Counted from the stretch's first letter, positions 11,318 to 22,052 are shown. The stretch is 23,742 bases of DNA from Paraspadella gotoi (GCA_051294375.1 JBJCIZ010001032.1:1-23742), one strand, 5' to 3'. Program-made: numbers and translations. The notes: a model not told the origin generated them from the sequence alone.

Positions 11318-12740
11318 GTATTAGAAGATTTAGATGAAGTATGAAGTATGAACGCTATATTTTATATTGGGCCTCTCCGGCGAACTGGTTGTATGTAATT
11401 AGAACATCTGGATGAAGTATAAATCATCTCCCAAAGCTAGCGCTCAGGTGTTGTACCTACAGTGACTACCCCATGTCACTGACCAAGTATTTCCCTGTCC
11501 AAGCTAATAATGAGTTTAACCAGACTATCTCGGAGACAAGTTTTAGGATTAACCAGAGTATCTCATTTTACCTCTTTCATGTTCTCTTTTCTCTCCCCTC
11601 CCTCTTTCTTTCTCTTTCAAATGAAAATGAATGAATAAAAAATGAAGAAAAAAAAGAATGAAGAAAAATAAAAATAAAAACGCAAAACATCATTTGTATA
11701 AACTATCATCCATCAGTAAAAGGACCAATAAGTCAATCATTTGATCAATTGATAGATGGATCAATCACTCAATCAACCAACCAATCAATCTATTGATAGA
11801 TAAATCAATCACTAAATCAATCAGTCCAAGAATCATGTATGCAATTAATCAAACACTCATTTATTCCTTAATATTCATGAATCATAAATTGACAATAGAA
11901 AGTCAGGGCTGAAAAAATAAGTCTAAGAATGTAGAGAGAGAGAGAGAGAGAGTGTGTGAAAGAGATTGTCCTTTTTTGGTCATATTTTTCTTTTTTCTAT
12001 TCTCGGCCAGTTTTTGACGACGGGCAATTATTAAATCTACTTTTCCAAATTTTTGTCACTTGCTTTTCAGTCATTAATGAACCTTTGAACGTCGATCGTT
12101 GGAAAATGTTGTTTTTAAGCGTTTTCGCAACTTTTCTACTGTTTTTGTCACAATTATTGCCACAATTTTTTACGACCATATACATAATATATTACTCAGA
12201 CTCTCGTCAGAACCCCTTTATCGACGTGTGACACGTCGAACGCCTTGGGCCGCAAAGCGTGAACATCAAGAAGTCTTTACAGAGAGAGAGAGAGAGAGAG
12301 AAAGAAAGAAATATACTGATAACTGTTAATTCTTAAGTACATATTACATCGCGTCTCTTAGTCATTTATCTGTAATTCTTTGTCTAAAAATCAATAAAGT
12401 TGTAAATTATGAGTGATAGGAAAAGAACAATAATTTCCTTTTACCCTTGTTCTATGAATTGCGCTGAATTTAATCATGCCATGTTGATGCAACAGTTTAT
12501 TGATTAATTGATGGATTGACTGATGGATTGATTGATGAATTGATTGATGGATTAATGGATGGATTGATTTATTGATAGCTGGAACCGGAAGTAGCTAACT
12601 GGGGAGCGTCTTCATGCGGAGTTGCATGGAGGCTCAAAGGAAAAATGCACCCACCAGTTTTCTCTGCCGGCGTCCAGCGGGCCTTCAGCGTCCTTCTCAG
12701 ACTCTGCACCAGGGTCATCGTGGTGGGACGAATCCGATAT

Positions 12741-14668
12741 GGCCCATTTTAAAATATAGAGTTCTTACAAGAATATCTTCTGCCCTCGCTCTCTTAACAC
12801 ATCGTAACTTTAACCTTTTTACATTATTCATCTATCTATTTTAGTCGGATCTGCTTGCAGCAGATCCCGACTCTATAATTCACTTTGTCGGTCTGCCCCA
12901 TCAATCTTGTCAGAACATTGAATTATGATAAATTATGCAAAAAAGAGATGTCCGTCCATATGTCTGTCTGTCCGTCCGACCATCCGTCCATATGTCCGCC
13001 CCACCTTAGCAAAAAACACCAATTACTCGTGATTGGATGGATGAATTGGAATGAAATTTTGTGTGTGGGTAGGGAAGTGTGTGATTGAGCTTGAATATGA
13101 AAGGTTTGTGAATCGATCTAGCAGTGGCGAGAATGAGTTTTGAAATGGAATAAATTCTATCACAAAGACAAATTTACTCATAGTGGATGAGGGCGATTGA
13201 CGTTGAAAAATTTTGTATTTGTGGTAGAAAAGTTGGTGATTAACTGGAAATCAAGTTTCGATGGAATCGATTGTTGGGGTGAAATTAGACTAAAATAACA
13301 AACACGCTGTGTTCACTAATTGATTATGCTTCTTTTATTTTATATATAAATTAAATGCAAGATGTATTAATTAATCAAATATTAATCAGTTATTCATCAA
13401 TTAGTCAATTATTAATCAATAATTAATTAATCAGTCAATTAATCAAATAAACATTTCTGATCAATTTCCTAATTAATTTAATAATTAACTTTAATTAATT
13501 AATTATTAATTATTTAATTATTAATTAATTACCGATGATGATCGTGGGCAGATCCGACAATGTTTGCTCAAACTTATTTTTAAAAAATCGATTTTTTTCA
13601 AAATTAACTTTCTCCTTAAGATTTAATAGTAAAAGTTTTCCGATTGATCTGAAACTTAAAGACTGTTAATTTGAATGAAAATATTACCTATCTTTAAAAA
13701 TATTAAAGAGATATTTCGATTGTACAGTTTTTTATTGGGGTTTAAAAAGGGGTATTTTTTTCTCTTTTTGACAATTTCAAAATGCCATATCTCAGCCTTG
13801 GATGATCTAATTTACAAAAAATTTATATATTTAGAATCCTTGTCTTAATCTCTTTTTATAATAATAAAAAATTTGAAATATGATAAAGTATTAATAAATA
13901 CTTTTTTTAAAGTAATATCTTAAAAATAATATCAATTTGAAAATAAAGTTAGAAATTCTCCAAAATAAGCTTAAGTTAAAGCTTATACTATGTAATTGTT
14001 AGCACTTAAAACAATAAAAAAATACTTACCTAGTAAGGAGAAATTTAGTAAAGTAGAAAAATCTTTAAATATGCAAATGAGATGATGCTTATTTTAATTT
14101 AAATTTTTGAGACCACCAGCAGATAAAGTATGCTTTGGCTATTTTATGGTTAAAAAATCAATCCCGTTCTCTGCATATTTTAGGTATAAATGACAATTGA
14201 ATTTTGTTATTAAAATTTTGACCGTGTGACAAAATTTTTTTTGAGATGACCGAAACTCATATATGTTGTAGAGCTACCGAAGGCCCATCTAACACTTATA
14301 ATATAAAAGCATAATATTCACTAATATAATAGTTATGACTGATTAAAAAAATGACACATCTAAAATATTTCCCTTAGTAAATGCTAATAAAACTGTTCAA
14401 ATTTTATTCATATTCTGACAACATCTCACAAACCCTTTTGAGTATTTATATGTAAAATTTTAAAAATGTACTACATAAAATGACCAAGTTATGCAACTTT
14501 AAAATTTATTTTTTGGCCTATTTTTAAGTGGTTTAGAATTGTCCGATTTAAATTTTATGCCAATGGGCAATAGACCAACGTTGAGACTATTTTATGTTAA
14601 GATATCAGCTCATTGGACCAAAAATATAAGAATTATTTCGGTCCCGAAAAGTGACAGCTGCTACGCTT
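12741..14668 (-). repeat. Right inverted arm of foldback element (interrupted by a HINE at ~12843-13575)
   Basis: Starts GGCCCATTTTAAAATATAG (reverse complement of ~10819-10837) and resumes after the HINE at TTTTTAAAAAATCGATTTTTTTC. Confidence 0.92.
12843..13575 (+). mobile_element. Helentron-associated non-autonomous element (HINE/DINE-1-like)
   Basis: 5' subTIR GTCGGATCTGC (12844-12854) with adjacent inverted copy (12860-12871); GTCC/GTCT microsatellite (~12948-13000); 3' subTIR GCAGATCCGAC (13548-13558); 3' hairpin GTTTG-CT-CAAAC (13562-13573). Inserted in a T run without TSD, judged against the uninterrupted left arm. Confidence 0.82.
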
Positions 14669-14678
14669 GGGTAACCAC

Positions 14679-14754
14679 GTACGTTATCTCAGTCAATGGC
14701 CAAAACCTCAAATACCATAGGAGAAGACTAAAACTCCATATAACCGGAAACTGA
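14679..14754 (+). CDS. pol: Integrase C-terminal remainder after the insertion
   Basis: YVISVNGQNLKYHRRRLKLHITGN* continues the GPY/F-like module (GPxxV...Y.I...H..RLK) broken at ~9655. Confidence 0.8.
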
Positions 14755-15109
14755 GAGAACAAGCCCTCAGACACAAGACGTAGCCAAAAACAAAAGACTT
14801 AGAATACAAAAAAAACAAAAAAAAAAACCAGAAACCAAAGTGGAGCAAGAAAAGGGAAAAGCCAAGAGAAAAACGAAGCCAACCGCGAGACCAGCTGAAA
14901 TAACGACGACGCCAAAAAAAAAGATTCAGCCGAATCGCCGTTTCCTCTTCCTCCTCCTCCTCCCCCTCCTCCTCCTCCTCAGCGAAGCCAAGAAATCGAA
15001 ATAAAAGGGCCCGGAGAAGGAAAAGAAATTCACAAGGAAAGCAAGCTACACAGCCTCACTCGCCAGAGCTCTCTCTCACAAAAAAATATATACAAAAAAA
15101 AAAAAAAAA

Positions 15110-15391
15110 AAAAAGTCTTTTTCAAGACTAATTCTAGAAAGATCAAATAAAAAAACCAAAAAAGTCTTTTTCAAGACTACTTCTAGAAAGATCAAATAAA
15201 AACCAAAAAAGTCTTTTTCAAGACTACTTCTAGAAAGATCAAATAAAAACCAAAAAAGTCTTTTTCAAGACTACCTCTAGAAAGATCAAACAAGAAAAAC
15301 CAAAAAAGTCTTTTTCAAGACTGCTTCTAAAAAGATCAAAAATATAAATAAAAACCAAAACAGTCTTTTTAAGACTACGTCTAAAAAGATC
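15110..15391 (+). repeat. Tandem array, six copies of a ~47-bp hairpin-containing unit, directly upstream of env
   Basis: Unit AAAAAAGTCTTTTTCAAGACTACTTCTAGAAAGATCAAATAAAAACC containing AGTCTT-TTTC-AAGACT. No unique spacers. Confidence 0.92.
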
Positions 15392-15398
15392 CAGAAAG

Positions 15399-16847
15399 AT
15401 GAAGTTGAACCTCATGATTCTGATCATGACCTCCACGAGCTTAGCCTCCATGAGCTCAAACAGCCCGCCCAAGGTCGTGCACGTCTTCAATTGCAACAAG
15501 ACGTCAGATCACTCCACCACTCTCTTGGACCCGCACCATTGCGACTCACCAAAGTCGGTATCCAAGAAAATAGTGCGCGGAGAACTGGTTTTTATTCCGG
15601 ACAAGGAAGAACACGATGCAAAGGGTTGTGATCTGACCATCTTGGCGGAAGGCAGCATCTGTGGATGGTGGTCCATCCAATATCCAAATCTCAAAACGCT
15701 GGATCACTACTCCCTCACCAGATCCCAATGTTTATCACTCCACAAAGGTGAGAGGGTGGCGCTCAACAACATCCCAGTCAGGACCTCAGATAAAACGGGA
15801 CTGATGGAGCCACTCTCACTGTCAGGCGGAAAAACTGGTCACTACCAGGTTAAAATCGACATCGGGACAACGGATGCTGACGGCTATTGCACCGGAGAAA
15901 AGCTCATTTTCCATGATTACACCTATGACGGCGAAAGAGCAACGCTAACGGTAAACGTCACCCTGTACGAACAAAAGGTGAAAATGGCGGACCTTAGCAA
16001 CCTGCCCAGACAAACAGAGTGCAACAAAGCCGCTCAAAAATGCACCTACCCGGGAGGCGTCCTAGTTTGGCAAGAATCATCATGCCGAGCTCACCAGGCC
16101 TACACAGGACCAGTCATGAAAAGTTCAGATGGAATCATAAGATCCCTCACCCAAAAAGACAAAGAAGCAGCTTTAAGCAGCTGCAAACTCAGGGACGGAA
16201 AAACGCCCTGCAAAGATAGCCCAGCAGTAAAAAGGAGTCTCACCACATGCTGGAAAGCTTGTATCAGCAACTTCGTCCGCCCGGAAACATCAAATAATTA
16301 CGAACGATGCGCCCCAATCTGCGAAGCCGAGCAAAATGTGCTGTTCACTTTGCGACTCACAAACAAGAAAATAAAAATCCCAGATTGCGAGATTGAGGTT
16401 GAAGCTACGAACTCGGCGCATTTCTTCTTCACGGAGGAAATGACAAAGGACCTGGACAAAGACGAAAAGCTCATCCTCGCCCTCAGGGAGAAGGGATCAG
16501 AACTGGCACAGAAAAACGAGGCCAGCTTAGAATCCCTAACCAAGCCCTCCGAAGAGAAATCTGCGACCTCAAAATCGCAGAAGCCAGGAAAGCAGCAATA
16601 ATCGCCCACACAAACCCTACATCGACAGCCTTCATAAAAAGAGGATTAGTCGCCGTAATCAGGGGCGAGCTGCTACTGACTGCCCAATGTGAACGAACCT
16701 TGGCACTTGTGAGAAAAACTAAGGAGTGTTACCACGACCTACCAATCTCTTTTCGTGGTGAAAACGTCTTCCGACACGCAATCTACCATCACGTCGTCGC
16801 ATCATCAACAAAGACAAGCTGCTCGCCTTCCCCAATCTATTACATGA
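15399..16847 (+). CDS. env: env-like glycoprotein resembling chuvirus-type class III fusion proteins (frameshift ~16540; 3'-truncated)
   Basis: Signal peptide MKLNLMILIMTSTSLA; VFNC...C...GCDL...ICGWWS...QCLSLH.G...DGYCTG...VTLYE...C......C..PGG.LVW...C. After the frameshift: REICDLK...RGELLLTAQC...RKTKECYHDLPI...TKTSCSP. Confidence 0.78.
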
Positions 16848-16884
16848 AAGAAAAGAGAGAGAGATTTTTTAATTTTTTTTACTT

Positions 16885-16930
16885 TTCTTTACTCTCTTTC
16901 CCACTCTCCTCTCTCTGTCTTTCTTTCTCT

Positions 16931-16961
<31 letters not shown>

Positions 16962-16975
16962 TCTCTCTTCTCTCT
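16885..16975. repeat. (CT)n microsatellite near the env truncation point
   Basis: Directly visible. Confidence 0.85.
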
Positions 16976-17619
16976 GAATATAAAAACGGAAAGGGTTCGA
17001 TGATAACTAACTAAATTACTTTATAATTTGTAAATTATGTAGACTTAATACTTTCGTTTGAACAATAAATTTATGTACTGCTCTGTAAAAAATATTTATT
17101 GTGGTTGGCCGTCCACATTTTTAAGCATTACAATCAATCAAATGTGGTCTCTTTATTTCTTCTTTCTCTTTCTTTCCCTCTCCTTGTTTTTTACTCTCGT
17201 TTTCCTTTTTTTCTCTCTCTCTCCTCTCTCTCCGCTGAATGAAAAAAATATTGTAAATAAGTTAAGTAATAGCCGCATGTTTAATTAACTATCTGCCCGA
17301 CAAATTAAAATTAAATTAAAATTAAACTGTTAACTGTTTAATTACTTTTGACGTTACTCTTTGCATTCACAAATGTTAATGATTACTGATTTTATTAAAA
17401 GAATACAAAGATACCACATTACAAACGTAACAAATTGATTTGTCAAACACGTTATGAGATCAAAGATTTTGTAATTCTAAATTTCCAAATACAGTGTTAG
17501 TTTTTTTTTATACATATACACTTAAACCAATGTTAACGCACAGTTGAATCTCTCCTGTACATTCCATTTTTGGATTTGGCCAACGTAAAGGAATTGCCAC
17601 CAGAAAGTTTAAAGATCGA

Positions 17620-18600
17620 AAATTTGGATGATGTGATTGGAATGTTTGTATTATGCCCTCAACGTAATCCTCCGACGCAGATTAGACCCGTCACTCTCGC
17701 TTTCTTTTCGTAACGACGATCGCCGCGATGAGCAATCAACCTCATCGTCGCCGCAGAATTCGGAAGAAGAATCTGGACTTTGTAAACTCGAGTCTTCGAC
17801 GTCGAAAACGAAAATTTTTTTGGAGGGACCGAAAGGAGTTCGGACCGCCAACCAGGACGAGTTGAAGAGGCTGAGATGGGGGAGAGGGTAATGAGCGGCA
17901 ATGGCAAGCAGGAAGAACCAAAATGTCAGCGATGACCAACTTTTGACTTTTCATGTTCAAAAAGTGGAAATCATTAAGAATGATTACAATTCCCGGCCAT
18001 GAATGTAAACATTTTCTTTCATCGAGCTTCAGACAAAAAATGATCGAGGGAAGGGGTTGACCTTTTTGTAGGAGAAAAGAGAAAACAATTATTCTCTGAT
18101 CGAATTGAAATCAACTGATTGTTTAAAACATTTCCGGCTTTGTATAATTCCCCCATCGAGCCTCATCCTTTGGGCGACTCCTCCAAAATAAAGTTTCCCT
18201 TCGAAACTCATCACTGTGATAAGCTCTCGGACGAAGGTTTGACATCGCCGACAGGAATGAGAAATGCTTGAATTCGCCCAAAGGGCGAGAGAGAGTAAAC
18301 TTTTATTTGTGAATTTCCAATAATCTATGAGGCCGCGCAATAAGTAAATCAAGATTTTCAAAAACTGCAAAAGCGGCGAATGAAGTTTCTTGATGGAAGT
18401 TGCCGTTGCTTGAATTCGATCCATCGAAGATCGAGAGAATCGACTTCGGCGATGAAGACCACATGTTTGGGAGGAGAATGAAATTCCGTAGTTTCGTTCA
18501 TTTGTTCCCGGACGCAGAAATAAGATTCGCCCACCCGACTTCTGCGGCAACGAATCCTTCGCCAGACGAAGAATCTCTTCGACGTCGCAATCCCGTGACG
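17620..18600 (-). pseudogene. Possible decayed DEAD-box-helicase-like coding sequence
   Basis: Fragments PKHVVFIA, ENLDLLIARPHRLLE, PSIIFC..., CLHS, ILNDF...KLVIADIL occur in helicase motif order. No intact Walker A or DEAD motif; broken frames. Confidence 0.25.
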
Positions 18601-18849
18601 GAGGCGAGAGAGGAAAGGGGGAGTTTAAAGATTGGTGGAGAGAGATGAGGTCCCAAGAGAAAGAGGGAGATGGAGACGTTTGTTGAAAGACGGGGTCGTC
18701 CGGATCGCCGTGAAGGCAAAGCGGTTTGATTTTTTGTTAAAAAAAAGAAATTATATTAAAGATATTATTAAAAAAAATTAATGAAAACTATTAAAAATCG
18801 AAACAAATAAATAAAAAAATAGTGGAAAGAAATTTAAGGCTAATAAAAG

Positions 18850-18990
18850 TAAATAAGAAAGAAAGAAGAAAAAGAAAGAAAGGAAAGAAAGAAAGAAAGA
18901 AAGAAAGAAAAAAGAAAGAAAGAAAGAAGAAAAGAAAGAAAGAAAGAAAGAAAGAAATAAAGAAAGAAAGAAAGAAATGAAGAAAGACAA
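18850..18990. repeat. (AAAG)n microsatellite
   Basis: Directly visible. Confidence 0.92.
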
Positions 18991-19287
18991 TAGTAAATAT
19001 AAAAGAAAAAATTTAAAAAAAAAACAATAACTAGGAAAATTGAGAATCAGCTCCTTTACCAGATGGAAGTGAATGCGTTGACTCTTGAATCTTGTTCTTG
19101 ATTTGATCTTGATTCTGCCTCTGGAGTTTGATCAGCAATTGATGGTGATGTCCAAGGAAGGCGGAAATTCCAATGAATCAGATTGCCTGAAGCTGTGGAG
19201 GATAGTCAGTAGAGAAATGGTCGGACTGAGTGAGGTTGCCTGGAGGCTGTAGGGATAGAATGGGAACGTGTAGGAGTTTGGGCAGAT

Positions 19288-19534
19288 GCTGTGGATCTGG
19301 GCTGTGGCTTGCAACAGAGGTTGTGAGCGGCTGTGGAGGGGCAGTGTTCGTAGAGTAAGCTGTCGGCTCTTAGGAGATTTGAGGCAAAGAGGCTGTGGAT
19401 CTGGCTGTGGCTGCAACGGAGGTTGTAGAGGGCGGCTGTGGTGGGGGCAGTGGTCGTAGAGTAGCTGTGCCTTAGGAGATGAGGCAGAGCTGTGATCTGG
19501 CTGTGGCTGCAACAGAGGCAGAGGCCTGTGGTGC
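19288..19534. repeat. Imperfect ~100-bp tandem repeat (~2.4 copies) in a coding-like segment
   Basis: GCTGTG(G)ATCTGG(G)CTGTGGCT(T)GCAAC recurs at ~19288, ~19392 and ~19488; Pro/Gln- or Ser/Thr/Ala-rich peptide on -. Confidence 0.75.
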
Positions 19535-21064
19535 TTAGAAGTCAGAGACTGTTGAGTGAGCTCTGGTAGTTTAACACATTTGAGGCTTCTAAACACTATC
19601 TCATGCTGAAGAGATGTTGAAGGTGCGATGATCATCATGCATCATTCATCAATCATCGCTAGAATCTTCATCAAACCATAAATGATCTTGTCAGCTTGAA
19701 TTTTGAAGATCTTTCCCAAAATCTTCCCTCAGTTCCCCTCGATCAAACCTGAGCTTTGGCAACTTTTCTCTCTGAGGCTCTTGTTTACTTTTGTTCCACC
19801 TTCTCCAAGCGTCTGTGTCCAACTGTCCCATCCTGACTTGATTTGACCATGGTGATTGAGCCATTGATTTCAGTCGTGAAAATCTTTGAACATTTTCTTC
19901 ACGACGTCATTCTTGAGGCTTTCGAAAGTTTCGTAACATTCCTCGTCATACGATCCCAGATCAGCGTCGTGAGAAATGGCGTTCGTTTGTCCATCAGTAA
20001 ATCACTGGCGCTCTCACGTGACTTCGCTTTACTTTTTTGTCAATGACATGAGCGAAGAAGACACGTCAACGTTTTTCAAAAAAGATGGGGATGCGATTTG
20101 GGGGCCAACGATTCAGTCTTTCCTTGACTTTTTAATTTAACCTGAAGATTTAAAAAGTTTCGATGGCGTCGTAGTTTTTCTTCGCACCACGATTTCCAAC
20201 AGTTGACCATCGTTCCAATCTTCCTTCGTCTCATCCGGCAGAAAGCGCCGTGAAGAGGGATTTGTACATCGAGGGTCCGTCGATCAAAATGGGCGCCCGT
20301 GTAGGGCGGAGATGGTTTAGTCGGGGAATTGTGTAAGGATTCGGCGGCTGCGTCGGCTGTGGAGGTGCCGACTTGGGTTCACCCGAGGGAGCGGCGGCCA
20401 GTCGAGGCCGAGGTTTGACGAAGAACGTAATGAGAAGAGAGAGAAACGGCAGAGAAACAGGAAATAAGTGAGCTAAGCAAAGAACTTTCGCGAATCTCAA
20501 AACTAAATGAAATCAGGTTTTTTTTTTTTTTTTGGGAATGGCGGGCCACATAAGGCTCCGGGGTCATAATTACCCGCATGAACGAAGACAAGACCCCTGA
20601 CGAATCTTTCCGAATATATGAATTTAAATTTGGGCCGCGATTACTTGCTGAGGCAACTCTTTGAGAGACATCAAGGTTCATTTTTTAGCTTAATGTTTGT
20701 TTGGTCAATGTTTAAACAGGTGTTTTTAAAGGCTATTTTTGATCAAAACTTTGACTGATTGATAATGTACAAATTAAACTTTTTATAACCTTATTTCAAT
20801 ACTTGAATAAAATTCAATCAGCACGGTGATCATAAGGTAAAGCTAATCACTTGTCACTTGAAAACATGTCATAACTTCGAGATTGAACACTGGCAGCTAG
20901 GTAATGAATTTTGAATCTTGGAATGACTTGAATCTTACCCCCACCTCCTAATTGATCCTCCCACACGCAAAATTTTTTTGATCAAAATAGTTTTAATTTT
21001 TTTATAGCAGATAATCTTAAGGATTTTTCAATCTATGGATTGTATTGAAGAGACAGTTTCAATA

Positions 21065-21215
21065 TAAGCAGTCCCTGAGTTTCGGATCCAGGCTGTAACA
21101 CCGAGTTAGCAGGCGGGTTTAAGCGCCCCGTCCCTGCTAACTGCAAGGCGACTACCCGGCTAGAACTGGGACCTTTGGGTGGGAGGCGAAATGACTTGCT
21201 CGGCACATGGCCGGC
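21065..21215 (-). mobile_element. Possible degenerate tRNA-derived SINE
   Basis: On -: GGCCATGTGCCGAGCAAG (A-box-like)...TCGCCTCCCACCCAAAGGTCCCAGTTCTAGCCGGG (B-box/T-arm-like), then a strong hairpin at 21104-21142. Confidence 0.3.
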
Positions 21216-21581
21216 TGAATGAATGGTTGGTGGATTTTCGTCCACCATAGTAATTTAGTTTTGGCTAAAACCATTAGGTAATGGAAGCAAACGAAAACGC
21301 AGGAGTCACGTTTGTTCCGAAATGAATTAGAAATCAATTACTTAAAATATTTGCATTCCAGCAAAAGTTACAATAATCAATCAAATTGGTTTTTGAGTGG
21401 TGGTATTATGAAAGTTCTCATTTTATGGATTTCTTCAAATAAAAAAATCGCAGACAAAAATTATTCTAGTACCTAGTAGTAATGTAAAAATTATTACTAC
21501 AAATTTTTTTACAGCATGAACAAGTTAAATACCTGCAGATAACCAGAAATTCATTTGTAATGAAATATGAATATTGAGCCC

Positions 21582-21956
21582 TATCCTCTCTCTCTTCTCC
21601 TCTCCTCCTCTCCTCTCTCTCTCTCTCTTCCTTCCCCCTTCTTCCCCCTCCTCTTTTTTTCTTTTCTCTTGTTCTCTCTCTCTCTCTCCTATAAAGAAGT
21701 TTTCACCTTCGTCCTTATATCTTTATTCTCTCGGGTCACATGAGCCGCGTTCTTTTACATTTTCTCGATCATTTCATTCGTTTTCTAGATCGAATCAATG
21801 AACTTTAAATCGTCCGTTCAAAACTTCGTTCTTCTACGAGTTCTGTACCGTGTTTTTGTGTGTTTTTGTGTGCTTTCTAAATAAATGTGATACAATTTTG
21901 GAATGGACGAAAGCTTGGAACGTTTAGCCTCCGCGTTAAAAGATAGATTCTCTGAA

Positions 21957-21988
<32 letters not shown>

Positions 21989-22052
21989 CTCTCTCGCATT
22001 CCTCCTCCTTCCTTGTTCTCTCTCTCTCCCCCTCCCTCCTCTCTCTCTCTCA
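21582..22052. repeat. Two CT-rich microsatellite tracts (~21582-21690, ~21956-22052)
   Basis: Directly visible. Confidence 0.85.

Larger units (their letters stand above)
9656..14668. mobile_element. Non-autonomous foldback-type DNA element with ~1.18-kb inverted arms
   Basis: 9661-10837 is the reverse complement of 12741-12842 plus ~13576-14668. GGGTAACCAC flanks it on both sides (9646-9655, 14669-14678). It splits the integrase, and no transposase ORF is present. Confidence 0.85.
2404..16847 (+). mobile_element. Ty3/Gypsy LTR retrotransposon with env-like third ORF (copy 1; interrupted by a foldback element, truncated within env)
   Basis: LTR (matches 22984-23263 inverted), then PBS, gag-like region, PR (DTGA), RT (YVDD), RNase H, integrase (HHCC, D-D-E, GPY/F-like) and a signal-peptide glycoprotein ORF. 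Domain order and RT/RNase H motifs are Gypsy-type. No 3' LTR follows env; coding-like sequence ends at ~16847 in a CT microsatellite. Confidence 0.93.

Noticed and set aside
11750-12580. Inner inverted repeat from AATC-rich (~11750-11830) and GATT-rich (~12500-12580) tracts
   Set aside because: Complementarity is explained by simple-repeat composition; no unique-sequence match.
14755-15085. Separate accessory ORF between pol and env
   Set aside because: Low-complexity A-rich and (CCT)n sequence with broken frames. It may be a pol tail but cannot be supported as a gene.
15110-15391. CRISPR array
   Set aside because: Units contain a hairpin but are head-to-tail with no unique spacers; no cas genes; eukaryotic retroelement context.
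18778-18990. Phe/Leu/Ser-rich membrane-protein-like ORFs (also 17058-17288, 21574-21801, 21818-22185)
   Set aside because: Translations of CT or AAAG microsatellites.
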